A stretch of DNA of 64,000 nt from an uncultured bacterium (GTDB taxonomy: Bacteria; Fermentibacterota; Fermentibacteria; Fermentibacterales; Fermentibacteraceae). The translations under genes and the position numbers were made by a program. The notes beneath the pieces are model-generated. The model made no database searches and was not told the origin of the DNA. It saw only the letters and a program-made list of their open reading frames with translations. Below are positions 1 to 10,209 of the stretch, piece after piece. The stretch covers positions 96,451 through 160,450 of the forward strand of contig CAZMAT010000003.1 in assembly GCA_964564435.1 (NCBI GenBank), in the 5' to 3' direction. Within the stretch, counting starts at the first letter, position 1, and every line of letters begins with the position of its first letter.

Positions 1-887
1 CTCATGGGATCGGGCTCCCACGCGATCATTTCCGGAGGCGTGCCTGAGGCGGCCATCCTCTCCTCCACGAAGGCCTTCTCGTCGGCGATCTCCTCCTCCG
101 TCTTGGGCACCGGCTCGTAGGGTTCGCTGATGGAAAGGAAGACGGTCCCGTCGGGTTCGTAGCACTCGACCAGATACTCGTCCGGCGACATCGGGGCCCT
201 GAACACCCTGCCGTCAGGCGTTGTGGCGAACGAGAATATCGACGACATGCTCGAGGCTAGGTCCGTCGGGTCGAAGGGCGCCATCTCGCTGTGGTAGACG
301 ACCGCCGGCTCGGCCGACGAGCCCTCCCATCGCGCCAGGGTGAAGCCCATGAACATGCCCTGGTCGTTCTGCTCGAAATCGGGCTTGAGGCCGACTATGG
401 CGGTCGAGTCGAGCGCCGAGATCTGGACAGGCACTGTCGGGAAGAAGCCCGATATCTCGCCCGACGGGGCGCCGGTCGAATCGAATACGATTATCTTGGC
501 GGCCATGGCGTCGGCCACGGCCATGCTCCCGTCGATCTGCCTGAAGGCGAAGGCCGAAGGCGTGAGGAACTCTCCCGGGCCGCTGCCCTGGCGGCCGACG
601 GACCTCAGATAGGTCCCGTCCCGGTCGTAGAACAGGATCGAGCACTTCTTGAGGTCGAGCACTGCTATCTCACCCGCCGGTGACCACGCGACCCCGGCGA
701 TCTGGCCGAAGACGTAGGCGCTGTCGCCGAGTTCGATGCCGATGCTGTCGACGACTGCGAGCGTCCTCTGCGGGGCTCCCTCGGCCCAGTCCGGGACGGT
801 GTCGACCGGCTTCTCCCCGCATCCGGCGGCCAGGGCGAGCGCCAGCGCCAGTGCGGCTGCGGATACGGAGGCTGTTCTCGATGTCAC
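1..887 (-). CDS. NHL-repeat (beta-propeller) lipoprotein, C-terminal part outside window
   Basis: Reverse-strand translation from GTG at 887 gives VTSRTASVSAAALALALALAAGCGEKP..., a signal peptide plus lipobox LAAGC, followed by GRQGSGPGEF-type NHL-like repeats. AGGAGG lies 6 nt upstream and overlaps the glnA stop. Absent from the ORF track because no stop falls within the window. Confidence 0.6.
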   Translation of the reverse strand, partial: MTSRTASVSAAALALALALAAGCGEKPVDTVPDWAEGAPQRTLAVVDSIGIELGDSAYVFGQIAGVAWSPAGEIAVLDLKKCSILFYDRDGTYLRSVGRQGSGPGEFLTPSAFAFRQIDGSMAVADAMAAKIIVFDSTGAPSGEISGFFPTVPVQISALDSTAIVGLKPDFEQNDQGMFMGFTLARWEGSSAEPAVVYHSEMAPFDPTDLASSMSSIFSFATTPDGRVFRAPMSPDEYLVECYEPDGTVFLSISEPYEPVPKTEEEIADEKAFVEERMAASGTPPEMIAWEPDPM

Positions 888-897
888 GCCGATCCTC

Positions 898-2325
898 CTA
901 GATGTTGAAATAAAGGAAATGCTCGAGCGGATGGGGATTGCCGCGGAGCAGCAATGTCTCTTCGCGTTTGGCGTCGATGTATGCATCGATGAGGTCGGGC
1001 TCGAACACCCCGCCCTCCTCCAGGAAGGACCTGTCCGTCTCGAGGCTGTCGAGGGCCTCGTCGAGGCTCTCGGGCAGGACTTCGAGCCCCGAGGTGTCGT
1101 ATCCCGGGGCGAAGACGTTCGCGTCGATGGGGCCGAAGCCCATCTCCTCGGGGACCATGTCCTTCCTTATGCCGTCGAGCGCCGCCATGAGGATCGAAGC
1201 CATGCACAGATACGGATTCCCCGAGCCGTCGGGCACCCTGTACTCGAACCTCATCGACTCGGGTGTCCTCGCGTAAGCCGGAACGCGCACGGCCGCGCTC
1301 CTGTTCGCGCCCGAGAAGAACCTGTAGACGGGAGCCTCCTGGTTGGGCACCAGCCGGTGGTAGCTGTTGATGGAGGGGTTGGTGAAGGCGCAGAGAGCCC
1401 GCGCGTGGTGCAGGATGCCGGCGATGGCGCTGCGGGCGGTCTCGCTCAGGTGGCAGTAGCCCTCCTCGCAGAAGAACACCCTCTCCTCGCCGTTGAGGAA
1501 GTAGAGGTGGAAATGCATGCCGTTGCCCGGCTCGCCCTTCATGGGCTTTGGCATGAACGTGGCAGCCAGGTTGTGCCTGAGCGCGACGTTCCTGACGATG
1601 TGCTTGGTGATCATCACGTTGTCGGCCGAGCTGAGGAACGGCGCGAACGCCACCTCGATCTCCACCTGCCCCATCCTGCCGACCTCGTGGTGGTGGTACT
1701 TCACCTGGATGCCCGCCGCCTGGAGCAGCGAGACCATTTCGGCCCTCGCGTCGTGGAGGCTGTCGACCGGGAACATCCTGTGGTAGGCGCTCTCGGTCTG
1801 GTGGAAGAGCCCCAGCGACTCGGGCGAGGCCGAATTCCTATGGTTCTCGAGGCTCGCGAACTCGTATCCGACCCTGCACGGCTCGTTCCAGATGCAGGCC
1901 TTGTCGAACAGGTAGAACTCGAACTCGGGAGCCCAGAAGCTCTCGGTAGCGAACCCGGACTCCCGCAGGAGGTCCTGCGCCTTCCTGGCCACGCCCCTGG
2001 GGTCGCGGGAGAACGGCTGCCCCGTGTCGGGATGGAGGATGTCGGCTATCAGGCACAGTGTGGACTGCTTCGTGAAAGGATCGTCGAAGACCCTCCTGGG
2101 ATCGGGCACCAGAGCCAGATCGCCGGCCTCCGTGGGGGTCATGGCCGAGAGGGTGGATCCGTCGAAGCCCACGCCCTTCGTGAAGAGCTCGGGCTTGATG
2201 CTCCTGGCCGGTAGGGTTACGTGCCGCCAGCAGCCCAGCACGTCGGAGAACCTGATGTCCACCTCTTCGTACTCGCTCTCGGCGAGCTTCCTGAGGAGTG
2301 CCTGCACTACGCCCGATGCTGTCAA
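898..2325 (-). CDS. glnA: glutamine synthetase type I
   Basis: 475 aa with GSI hallmarks (EVDIRFSDVLG..., FMPKPMKGEPGNGMHFHLYF, NPYLCMASILMAALDGI). TTG start overlaps the ispG stop (TTGA). Confidence 0.9.
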   Translation of the reverse strand: MTASGVVQALLRKLAESEYEEVDIRFSDVLGCWRHVTLPARSIKPELFTKGVGFDGSTLSAMTPTEAGDLALVPDPRRVFDDPFTKQSTLCLIADILHPDTGQPFSRDPRGVARKAQDLLRESGFATESFWAPEFEFYLFDKACIWNEPCRVGYEFASLENHRNSASPESLGLFHQTESAYHRMFPVDSLHDARAEMVSLLQAAGIQVKYHHHEVGRMGQVEIEVAFAPFLSSADNVMITKHIVRNVALRHNLAATFMPKPMKGEPGNGMHFHLYFLNGEERVFFCEEGYCHLSETARSAIAGILHHARALCAFTNPSINSYHRLVPNQEAPVYRFFSGANRSAAVRVPAYARTPESMRFEYRVPDGSGNPYLCMASILMAALDGIRKDMVPEEMGFGPIDANVFAPGYDTSGLEVLPESLDEALDSLETDRSFLEEGGVFEPDLIDAYIDAKREETLLLRGNPHPLEHFLYFNI

Positions 2326-3404
2326 CTCAACGGACCTCCGTGTTGTCTGGCGAGCCTTTCGAGCTCCTCCGATATCCTGGCGCGGACCTCGCCAGGGCTC
2401 ACCGTCCCGGGGAGCCTCCGGCCCCCCTCGAACAGGATCACTCCGGCGGGGCTCCCTATTACGGCGAAGTCTGCGTCCCGGGCCTCACCGGGGCCGTTGA
2501 CCTCGCATCCCATCACAGCTACCGTGAACGAACCGCGCATCCCCCTGAGCATCCCGGAAACCTCCTCCGCCAGCCCCGCCACGTCTATCCGCGTTCTGGC
2601 GCAGGTGGGGCAGCTCACCAGCCTCGGGTGGATGCTCCCCAGCCCGAGCGAGGAGAGGATCTCCCAGGCCACGAAGGGCTCGTCCTCGGGAGGGCCGGAC
2701 AGAGAGACCCGGATCGTGTCGCCTATTCCCCTTGCCAGCAGCAGCGCCATGGCCACCGAGCTCCTGACCGCCCCCCCGAGGGAGGGTCCGGCTTCGGTGA
2801 CACCGAGATGGAGCGGCCTGTCGCACTCCCTGGCCGCCCGCAGGTTGGCCTCCACCGTCGTCATCGGGTCGCTCGCCTTGAGCGAGATGACCGTGTCGGT
2901 GAAGCCTGTTTCGTCGAGCATCCGGAGATGGCGCTCGGCAGCGGCCCAGAGCGCGTCCGACCCGGTGCCGAACCTCTCCCTGATATCTCCCGGGATGCTG
3001 CCGGAATTGATGCCGATCCTTATCGGGATGCCTTTCGAGGCAGCCTTCTCGGCCACGGCCCGGACATCCGCGGGCCTGCGGATGTTGCCCGGGTTGATGC
3101 GCAGCTTGGAGATCCCGGCATCGACCGCCGCGATCGCCAGATCGTGCCGGAAGTGGATGTCCGCCACCAGCGGGACGCAGCTCTCGGCGGCTATCGAATG
3201 GAGGGTGGAGGCGGATGCCTCGTCGGGGACCGAGACCCTGACTATCTGGGCTCCGGCCCTCGCCAGCGACCCTATCTGTGCGATGGTGGCACGGGCGTCT
3301 GAAGTGGGCGTGTTCGTCATGGACTGGACGGAAACCGGGGCGCCGCCGCCGATCGCCACTCCACCGACCGATACCGCCTGCGACCTTCTCCTGCGGATCC
3401 TCAT
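2322..3404 (-). CDS. ispG: 4-hydroxy-3-methylbut-2-enyl diphosphate synthase (IspG/GcpE)
   Basis: The Arg-rich first 79 codons of the 439-aa ORF look like over-extension. Conserved IspG begins at [32 protein letters not shown] (ATG at 3404, forming ATGA with the prmC stop). CPTCART Fe-S motif present. Confidence 0.88.
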   Translation of the reverse strand: MRIRRRRSQAVSVGGVAIGGGAPVSVQSMTNTPTSDARATIAQIGSLARAGAQIVRVSVPDEASASTLHSIAAESCVPLVADIHFRHDLAIAAVDAGISKLRINPGNIRRPADVRAVAEKAASKGIPIRIGINSGSIPGDIRERFGTGSDALWAAAERHLRMLDETGFTDTVISLKASDPMTTVEANLRAARECDRPLHLGVTEAGPSLGGAVRSSVAMALLLARGIGDTIRVSLSGPPEDEPFVAWEILSSLGLGSIHPRLVSCPTCARTRIDVAGLAEEVSGMLRGMRGSFTVAVMGCEVNGPGEARDADFAVIGSPAGVILFEGGRRLPGTVSPGEVRARISEELERLARQHGGPLS

Positions 3405-4240
3405 GTCCTCCTCGCGGCAACCCAGCGCGGCCTGCCGGAAAGGTCGGGCCCGTGCCTGACGTCGCTCCATCCCCCCGCTGACTCCAGCACCGCAGCCAGG
3501 ATCGAAGGCTGAGGTCCCGACGCCTCCATCACCAGGGCCCCTCCGGGCCTCAGCAGCCTGACGGCCTCCCCGGAGAATCTCCGTATCAGGGCCATGCCGT
3601 CGGGGCCCCCGTCGAGGGAGGAGGCCGGGTCGTGGATGCACACCTCGGGCTCGAGGGTCGGAATCACTCCGGATGGTATGTATGGGAGATTGGCAGCGAT
3701 GCCGTCAAATCCCCTCCCGAGCGCACCGCCCAGGTCGCACCTCACGAGGGCGGTGTTCCATGCGCCGTGCAGGGCGCGGTTGCGAGCGGCAAGGCCGAGG
3801 GCGGCGGGGGATATGTCGCTCCCGACCACGAGGCATCCCGGGAACTCGAGCGCCAGCGTGACTGCGATAACGCCCGAGCCCGTGCCTGCGTCGAGGAGCC
3901 TGGATGGTTCCGGGTCGAGCATGCCGAGCAGGGCTTCGAGGGTAGACTCTGTTTCCTGCCTCGGCACGAGCGCCTCCGGCCCCGACAGGAATCTGCGTCC
4001 CATGAACCAGGCTTCCCCGGTCAGGTGCTGCAGAGGGATCCTGCCGGCCCTGGCCTCCACCAGGGCGAAGTATTCCCCCTCGCTGCCGGGATCCAGAGAC
4101 ATCCGGGACGACATGTGGAGGGCGTGCCTGGGAAGGCCGAGCACGTGCATGAGGAGGAGCTCAGCATCGATCCCGGGATCGGGGCATCCGGAAGACCCCA
4201 GGGCCCTGGAGGCGGCCGCAAGGGCTTCCCTGACCGTCAC
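3401..4240 (-). CDS. prmC: release factor glutamine N5-methyltransferase PrmC/HemK
   Basis: 279 aa with [14 protein letters not shown] motif and NLPYIP (NPPY-type) motif. Overlaps the prfA stop. Confidence 0.85.
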   Translation of the reverse strand: MTVREALAAASRALGSSGCPDPGIDAELLLMHVLGLPRHALHMSSRMSLDPGSEGEYFALVEARAGRIPLQHLTGEAWFMGRRFLSGPEALVPRQETESTLEALLGMLDPEPSRLLDAGTGSGVIAVTLALEFPGCLVVGSDISPAALGLAARNRALHGAWNTALVRCDLGGALGRGFDGIAANLPYIPSGVIPTLEPEVCIHDPASSLDGGPDGMALIRRFSGEAVRLLRPGGALVMEASGPQPSILAAVLESAGGWSDVRHGPDLSGRPRWVAARRT

Positions 4241-5319
4241 CCTCCCTGCGATCCGCCGGTGGTGCGTTCCGAGAGGAGCCGGTCCTGCTCGGCCGATACC
4301 AGGGCGTCCACGATCCCGTCGAGGTCGCCCGTCATGACCTGCTCGAGGCTGTGCACCGTCAGGTGTATCCTGTGATCGGTGACCCTGGACTGGGGGAAGT
4401 TGTAGGTGCGGATCTTGGCGCTCCTGTCGCCGGAGCCCACCATGGAGCGCCTTGCCGAGGCCCGCTCCGATTCCGCCGCCTCCTGTTTCAGCGCGAGGAG
4501 CCGGGAGGAGAGGACCTTCATGGCCTTGGCCTTGTTCTTGTGCTGGCTCTTCTCGTCCTGGCAGGTGACTACGAGCCCCGTCGGGAGGTGGGTGATCCTC
4601 ACAGCCGAATCCGTCGTGTTCACGCTCTGGCCGCCCGGTCCGGTGGACCTGTAGACATCGATCTTCAGGTCGTCGGGCCTGATGTCGAGCTCGACCTCCT
4701 CGGCCTCCGGGAGGACCGCGACCGTGCAGGCGGAGGTGTGGATCCTGCCCTGGGCCTCCGTTTCGGGCACCCTCTGGACCCTGTGGACGCCGGCTTCGTA
4801 CTTCATTCGGGAATACACGCCCTCGCCCGACACCGAGAAGGAGATCTCCTTGAAGCCGCCCTTCTCGGAGGGCCTGCTGCCGAGGACCTCGATCCTCCAG
4901 CCCCTGCGCGCGGCATAGCCGGAGTACATCCTGAACACGTCGGCGGCGAAGAGGGCAGCCTCCTCGCCTCCCGTGCCTCCGCGTATCTCCACGATGACGT
5001 TCCTGCCCTCGTTCTCGTCCCTCGGGAGGAGCATCCTCTTCAGGGAGTCCTCGAGCGCGGCCCGCTGCTCCCTGACTCCGGGCAGCTCGTCCCTCGCCAT
5101 CTCGACCAGCTCGGGATCGTCGCCGGAAAGGGCCTCCTCCAGCTCCTCCACCAGCTTACCGACCGAGGCGAGCGCCTCCAGCGCGTCCCTTATCCTCGAC
5201 AGGGCTGCACGCTCGGAGGATAGTGCGCGAATGGACGATGAGCTGCGCTGCGTCTCCGGAAGGCACAGGAGGTCGTCTATCTCCGCGATCCTCGCGATGA
5301 TGCCCGGGAGCTCGTTCAT
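4237..5319 (-). CDS. prfA: peptide chain release factor 1
   Basis: 360 aa with the GGQ motif ([25 protein letters not shown]) and typical RF1 domains. Confidence 0.92.
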   Translation of the reverse strand: MNELPGIIARIAEIDDLLCLPETQRSSSSIRALSSERAALSRIRDALEALASVGKLVEELEEALSGDDPELVEMARDELPGVREQRAALEDSLKRMLLPRDENEGRNVIVEIRGGTGGEEAALFAADVFRMYSGYAARRGWRIEVLGSRPSEKGGFKEISFSVSGEGVYSRMKYEAGVHRVQRVPETEAQGRIHTSACTVAVLPEAEEVELDIRPDDLKIDVYRSTGPGGQSVNTTDSAVRITHLPTGLVVTCQDEKSQHKNKAKAMKVLSSRLLALKQEAAESERASARRSMVGSGDRSAKIRTYNFPQSRVTDHRIHLTVHSLEQVMTGDLDGIVDALVSAEQDRLLSERTTGGSQGG

Positions 5320-6290
5320 TCCGGCGTCACCAGCCGGACCGAGGGGCCGGGGTCCTCGCCGACGGCCAGCTTCAGGGCCGCCACCGCCACCTCGACCTCG
5401 GCCGGGCCCGCCTTGCGGGTCGTGAACCTCTGCAGCAGGAGGCCGGGCCAGGCGAGCGCCCGCGCGAGCGATGACCTCTCGAGGTTCCTGTCGACCAGCC
5501 GCAGTATCTCGTAGGAGATCCCCATCACCAGGGGCAGGAGCGGGAGATGATAGAGAAGCCTCCAGTGGGCTGCGGGACTGCTGCCGGTGGCCAGCGCCAC
5601 CGTGAAGTCGACGACGGAGTAGAAGGCCACGGCCAGGAGCATGACGAGGAAGATGAAGCTCGTGCCGCAGCGCTGGTGCCTGGGATCGGCGAGCCCTGCG
5701 GCCCCGGCGAGGTCTTCCGCCCCGCCCTCCCAGGCATGGATGGTCTGGTGCTCCGCTCCGTGGAAGACGAACACGCGCCTGATCTCGGGGATCAGGGAGA
5801 TCGCGGCCACGTAGGCGAAGAAGCCGGCTATGCGGAAGAGCCCCGCAAGCAGGTTGATCCAGAGATGGTTGTCACCGCTGATGAGCATGCCGAGGCGTAT
5901 CGGGAGCCAGCCGAAGAGGGCGGCCGCCAGGAGGAGGCCCAGCGCGAACGACAGGAACGACCCGTCCCCGCCGCCCTTGCCCTTCTCCTTCGCCGGTTCC
6001 GCCATCTCGGCAGACCAGCTCAGGGCGGCCATGCCCATGCGCAGCGAGTCGAACAGGGAGGCGGCGCCTCTGAGCACGGGCTTCCGCCAGACCGGGTTCC
6101 GCGAGGCGAGGGGCCCGGCGTCCAGGATCCTGCCGGCTATGGAGCCGTCGGGAGTGCGCACGGCCACCGCCGCCCGCGTGGAGGAGCGCATCATCACGCC
6201 CTCGATCACGGCCTGCCCGCCGGCCTTCTCGAGCCGGCAGGACCCCGCCTGCGCCCCGGAGTCGGTCGGCTTGTCCACGCTGTCGGTCAT
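5316..6290 (-). CDS. DUF1385 (COG3872) family putative metal-dependent enzyme
   Basis: 324 aa with [12 protein letters not shown] and GAEHQ motifs typical of DUF1385, which is commonly linked to prfA/prmC. Confidence 0.7.
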   Translation of the reverse strand: MTDSVDKPTDSGAQAGSCRLEKAGGQAVIEGVMMRSSTRAAVAVRTPDGSIAGRILDAGPLASRNPVWRKPVLRGAASLFDSLRMGMAALSWSAEMAEPAKEKGKGGGDGSFLSFALGLLLAAALFGWLPIRLGMLISGDNHLWINLLAGLFRIAGFFAYVAAISLIPEIRRVFVFHGAEHQTIHAWEGGAEDLAGAAGLADPRHQRCGTSFIFLVMLLAVAFYSVVDFTVALATGSSPAAHWRLLYHLPLLPLVMGISYEILRLVDRNLERSSLARALAWPGLLLQRFTTRKAGPAEVEVAVAALKLAVGEDPGPSVRLVTPE

Positions 6291-6331
6291 CTATACCCGG
6301 ATCCTGCCGGACTCGCGAGGGAGCCAGCGGC

Positions 6332-6547
6332 CTATTTGCCTTCGGAGTCCTTGCGGCCGTACTTCCGGTTGTACTTGTCCACCATCCCGGCGGAGTCGAT
6401 GAGCTTCTGCCTGCCGGTGTAGAACGGGTGGCAGCTCGAGCAGATGTCGAACTTGACGTCGCCGGACGTGGAGCGCGTGCGGATGGTGTTCCCGCAGGCG
6501 CAGGAGAAAGTGGCCTCTTCGTACTTCGGATGGATGTCCTTCTTCAC
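6332..6547 (-). CDS. rpmE: 50S ribosomal protein L31
   Basis: [27 protein letters not shown]...[16 protein letters not shown] at 6547 preceded by AAGGAG with an 8-nt spacer. The track ORF is extended 24 codons upstream. Confidence 0.85.
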   Translation of the reverse strand: MKKDIHPKYEEATFSCACGNTIRTRSTSGDVKFDICSSCHPFYTGRQKLIDSAGMVDKYNRKYGRKDSEGK

Positions 6548-6590
6548 CTCTGCCGCTCCTTGGAAATTCCGGCTCTCCGGACGCGGGGCA

Positions 6591-7871
6591 TCATTGGGAC
6601 ATGCTCGCCATCGCGTCAAGGAACCTCTTGTTGGACTTGTGCTGGGAGATCTGCTTCTTGAGGAGTTCCATGGCCTCCACGGGATTGAGGTCGACCAGGA
6701 TCTTCCTCATTATCCAGACCTTGCTCAGGGTCTCCTCGTCGAGGAGCAGCTCCTCGCGCCTGGTGCCCGACTTCGTGATGTCGATGGCGGGGAAGACCCT
6801 GCGGTCGGCGAGCCTCCTGTCGAGGACTATCTCGCTGTTGCCGGTTCCCTTGAACTCCTCGAAGATGACCTCGTCCATCCTGCTGCCGGTGTCCACGAGG
6901 GCCGTCCCGACTATCGTCAGGCTACCGCCCTCCTCGGCCTTCCTGGCCGCGCCGAAGAACCTCTTGGGGCGCTGCAGGGCGTTGGAGTCGACACCGCCGG
7001 AGAGGATCTTGCCGGAATGGGGGATCACGGTGTTGTTGGCCCGGGCGAGGCGCGTGATGGAGTCGAGCAGGATCACGACGTCGTGGCCGCTCTCGACCAT
7101 CCTCTTGGCCTTCTCGAGCACTATGTCGGCCACCTGGACGTGGCGCTTGGGGGCTTCGTCGAACGTGGAGCTGATCACCTCGCCCCTGACGTTGCGCTTC
7201 ATGTCCGTGACCTCTTCGGGCCTCTCGTCGATCAGGAGGACGATGAGCACCACCTCGGGGTGGTTTATGGCTATGCTGTTCGCTATGTGCTGGAGGAGTA
7301 TGGTCTTGCCCGCCCGCGGCGGGGAGACTATCAGGGCGCGCTGCCCCTTCCCCAGCGGGGTCAGGAGATCCATGATGCGGCCGCTGAACTCCTCCGAGTC
7401 GTGCTCCAGGATGAAGCGCTCCTTGGGGTAGTAGGGGGTCAGCTCGTCGAAGTTGCGCCGTGTCCTGGCGAGATCGGGGCTCTTCTGGTTGACCGTCTCG
7501 ACCCTGAGGAGGGCGAGGTACTTCTCGCCTTCCTTGGGCTGCCTGACCTGGCCAGATATCGTGTCGCCCGTCAGGAGTCCGAACCGCTTTATCTGAGACG
7601 GGGAGACGTAGATGTCGTTGGTCCCTGGCAGGTAGTTGGATTCGACGGCCCTGAGGAAGCCGTACCCCTCGGGCAGGGTCTCCAGCACTCCCGTCGCGAA
7701 CTCGAGCCCGTTCTTCTCGGTCTGGCTCTCGAGCATCATCTGGATGAGATCTCGCTTCCTGCAACCGGCGATACCCTTGATCTCCATGCTCTTGGCTATG
7801 GCCTGGAGCTCCACCAGCGTCATGCTCTCGAGATCGGAAAGGGAATGACCGTCGAGCGGCTTTTCTACCAT
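6591..7871 (-). CDS. rho: transcription termination factor Rho
   Basis: Full Rho architecture (N-terminal RNA-binding domain, Walker A PPRAGKT, RecA-like core). Start re-picked at [23 protein letters not shown] (ATG at 7871, 426 aa); the track ORF is 51 codons longer. Confidence 0.92.
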   Translation of the reverse strand: MVEKPLDGHSLSDLESMTLVELQAIAKSMEIKGIAGCRKRDLIQMMLESQTEKNGLEFATGVLETLPEGYGFLRAVESNYLPGTNDIYVSPSQIKRFGLLTGDTISGQVRQPKEGEKYLALLRVETVNQKSPDLARTRRNFDELTPYYPKERFILEHDSEEFSGRIMDLLTPLGKGQRALIVSPPRAGKTILLQHIANSIAINHPEVVLIVLLIDERPEEVTDMKRNVRGEVISSTFDEAPKRHVQVADIVLEKAKRMVESGHDVVILLDSITRLARANNTVIPHSGKILSGGVDSNALQRPKRFFGAARKAEEGGSLTIVGTALVDTGSRMDEVIFEEFKGTGNSEIVLDRRLADRRVFPAIDITKSGTRREELLLDEETLSKVWIMRKILVDLNPVEAMELLKKQISQHKSNKRFLDAMASMSQ

Positions 7872-8029
7872 TGAGTCCCTCAATCGGTTCGGGTTAACGA
7901 GAGATATGGGGGGCGAATGCGCCTGCCCAGCGGCCGTATCCGGGAACCGCGTAATGGAACATCCGTATCTGTCAAGCAGTTTCGGATCGACGGATCGGAA
8001 AGCACTAATAAATTGTTTCAACAAAGAGG

Positions 8030-8610
8030 AGAGTCAAGCCCCTTGCTCCGCGTCCGCGGAGCAAGGGGCTGGGAGCGGCAGCACGCTCATCTCCGCGTCC
8101 GCGGAGATGAGCAGGCCCGGCAGTGGCTTGCCAACCCTCCGATTCTCCGGTTCGGCAAGCCGCGAGAGGGCCGGGGTGTATAGTCCAGTCTCGCCTCTGC
8201 GAGACTGGCACGCGCACTCGCAGTTTCCTGCTTGGAAACTGCTGTAGCGCTACCCGTCGATTTCGGCAGGCTGGAAACTGATTTTCATGTCAGCCGAAAT
8301 CGATGATGCGGGAGCGATCCAGCCTGCTGCTCGATATCCTTGCGTCTGACCCGCCGTGAACGCAGGCCGGGCGCCGGGTTCTCTCGCGGTTCGCCCATCT
8401 AGTCGTGCTGGATGCTGGCGAACCACTGTCGAACCTGCTCATTCCCGCCGACGCGGGAAAGAGCGCCCTGCGCAGGATCCAGCCCTTTCCGCGGGCTGTC
8501 TGAAGATCAAGCCCTTCCTTGCGAGGCTTGCACGCATACCCGCGGTTTCCTGCTGGGAAACCGCTGAAATGCTACCCGCCGATTTCGGCGAAGCCGAAAT
8601 CGGAGTATAC
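8030..8610. repeat. hairpin-rich intergenic repeat array upstream of rho, at least two copies of the ~140-bp structured element family
   Basis: At least 8 perfect or near-perfect stem-loops, including 8039-8068 and 8085-8112 (both with loop cgcgtccgcgg), gcagtttcc-tgcttg-ggaaactgc, and cgatttcggc...gccgaaatcg. Shares the agcggcagcacg, ggcacgcgYactcgcagttt and gctacc motifs with the repeats at 53.9-54.4 kb and 57.1-57.4 kb. Confidence 0.7.
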
Positions 8611-8617
8611 TCCCCCG

Positions 8618-10195
8618 GTGAACAGGCGCAGGTTCTCCCGGATCGCCGTGCTGTCGGCCGCCCTGGCGGCGGCCGCCGCATCCTCCCTGGCTTCCCTGCG
8701 GTACGAACCGGGCCCGTGGTCCTGGGCGGCCTCCGCCGTCTGCGCCGCATCGGCGGCGCTCCTTGCCTCTCGCGGCCACCGGGACGGAAACGGCGCGTCG
8801 ACCCACCGGCAGGCATCCGCCGCCGCCCTCGTCCTCTCCTCCGTGAGGCTGACCGGAGGCTTCGGCGGGCCCCTGACTCCGCTCTACTTCCTGCTCCTCG
8901 CCTGGATGGCGGGGCGTCCCGTCCAGGGGCCCGCACTCGAGGCCGGGATCGCCCTGGGACTCGTCGAGGGGCTGCTCACCGCATCCAGGGGCGGCCTGAT
9001 CACCCCCGGTCTCCTGGGCAGGCTTTCGGCGGCTGCCCTGCCTCTCGTCGCACTTCCGGTGTCGTCGCTCGCGCTGGAATGGATGGCATCGGGAGGCGGG
9101 CGCGCGAAAGGTCCGGGGAGCAGATCCGGGCGGACTGGTCCATGCGGGAATGATCCTGCTCCCGTCTCGCAGGGCTGCCTGGAGCTCGTCAAATCGATCG
9201 CCCAGGCCGGCAGTCTCGGCGGGGCCATACACTCGACCGCAGCCTGGCTGGCAGGCTCCGGGAACGATCTGACCGTCACCGTCGGGCTCCTGTCCGGCGA
9301 CAGCGGCAGCCTCGACGTTTACGAATCGCTGGGCCCCCTGGCGCAGGGACGAGTCGGCATGAACTTCGACCTGGAGGGCTCGGTGGCGGGGTGGACCATC
9401 AGGAGCGGCAACTCGATATCGCGCTGCGGCCTCGGGAGCGGCGGGCGGGCCGTCACCACGCTCTCCCGGTCCGATCCATCGACCGTGCGCTGCGGGAGCT
9501 GCTCGGCAGCACCCGTGGTGATCTCCGGCAAGAGCGTCGGAGTCCTGCTCGTCGAATCCCCCTCGGAGGAGGGCACCGGAACCGGAGTCGAGGGGACGCT
9601 CGACCTGGCGGCCGGGCTGCTCGGCCTGGCGATAGAGAAGATCCTCCTCCGCGAGCAGAAGAAGGATCTCCAGAACAGGGACGGTCTGACGGGGCTTCCG
9701 CATCCCGTGGACTTCATGGATTTCGTGAGGCGGACATCGAGGGACGTCTACCGGTTCGGCAGGAGCGTATCCCTGTTCGTGGTGGAGATCGATTCCCTCG
9801 AGGAGGTGAACGCCGCGCACGGTTTGAGGGGAGGGAACAGGCTCCTGTCCGCCTGCGGCGAGAGCCTCGGAGGGATTGCCGGCTCCGAGGCGGCTATCAC
9901 CAGGCTCTCGGCCTCGAAATTCGCGATCTGCATCCCCGGCATGGACCAGGCCGCGGCGGAGGCGTTCGCCGAGAGCGTCGTGAGGAGCTTCGACGGCATG
10001 AAGGTGAAGCTGGAGTCCGGCGAGATATCGCCGAGAGTCGTCGTGGGGGGGGCGGTGACGAGGAGCGACAGGAGGATCGAGTCGCTATGTGCCGAGGCTT
10101 CGCGGGCCATGGTCTCCGCGAGGGCGGTCTCCTCGAGGTTCCAGGTCGCGCTCCTGCTCGCATCCGGACAGAACCACGGGGCCGTCGATCCTTGA
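8618..10195 (+). CDS. membrane-anchored GAF/GGDEF-domain protein with degenerate GGDEF
   Basis: About 5 N-terminal TM helices, a central GAF-like region, and a C-terminal GGDEF fold (GLTGLPHPVDFMDF...LFVVEIDSLEEV...RLSASKFAICIPG). The GG[DE]EF signature is replaced by SASKF. The 5' end of the track ORF overlaps a repeat element, so the start was moved to GTG 8618; this is uncertain. Confidence 0.65.
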   Translation: MNRRRFSRIAVLSAALAAAAASSLASLRYEPGPWSWAASAVCAASAALLASRGHRDGNGASTHRQASAAALVLSSVRLTGGFGGPLTPLYFLLLAWMAGRPVQGPALEAGIALGLVEGLLTASRGGLITPGLLGRLSAAALPLVALPVSSLALEWMASGGGRAKGPGSRSGRTGPCGNDPAPVSQGCLELVKSIAQAGSLGGAIHSTAAWLAGSGNDLTVTVGLLSGDSGSLDVYESLGPLAQGRVGMNFDLEGSVAGWTIRSGNSISRCGLGSGGRAVTTLSRSDPSTVRCGSCSAAPVVISGKSVGVLLVESPSEEGTGTGVEGTLDLAAGLLGLAIEKILLREQKKDLQNRDGLTGLPHPVDFMDFVRRTSRDVYRFGRSVSLFVVEIDSLEEVNAAHGLRGGNRLLSACGESLGGIAGSEAAITRLSASKFAICIPGMDQAAAEAFAESVVRSFDGMKVKLESGEISPRVVVGGAVTRSDRRIESLCAEASRAMVSARAVSSRFQVALLLASGQNHGAVDP

Positions 10196-10209
10196 GGGTC
10201 GCGGCAAGG

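Noticed and set aside
736-2214. 492-aa plus-strand ORF
   Set aside because: Antisense to glnA, which has unmistakable GSI motifs. Arg/Ala/Gly-rich composition is typical of spurious ORFs in 68% GC DNA.
9391-10209. 5' two-thirds of track ORF 9391..10590
   Set aside because: Overlaps the GGDEF gene out of frame with an Arg-rich translation. Only the 3' 127 codons (VanZ motifs) look real, so the gene was restarted at 10210.
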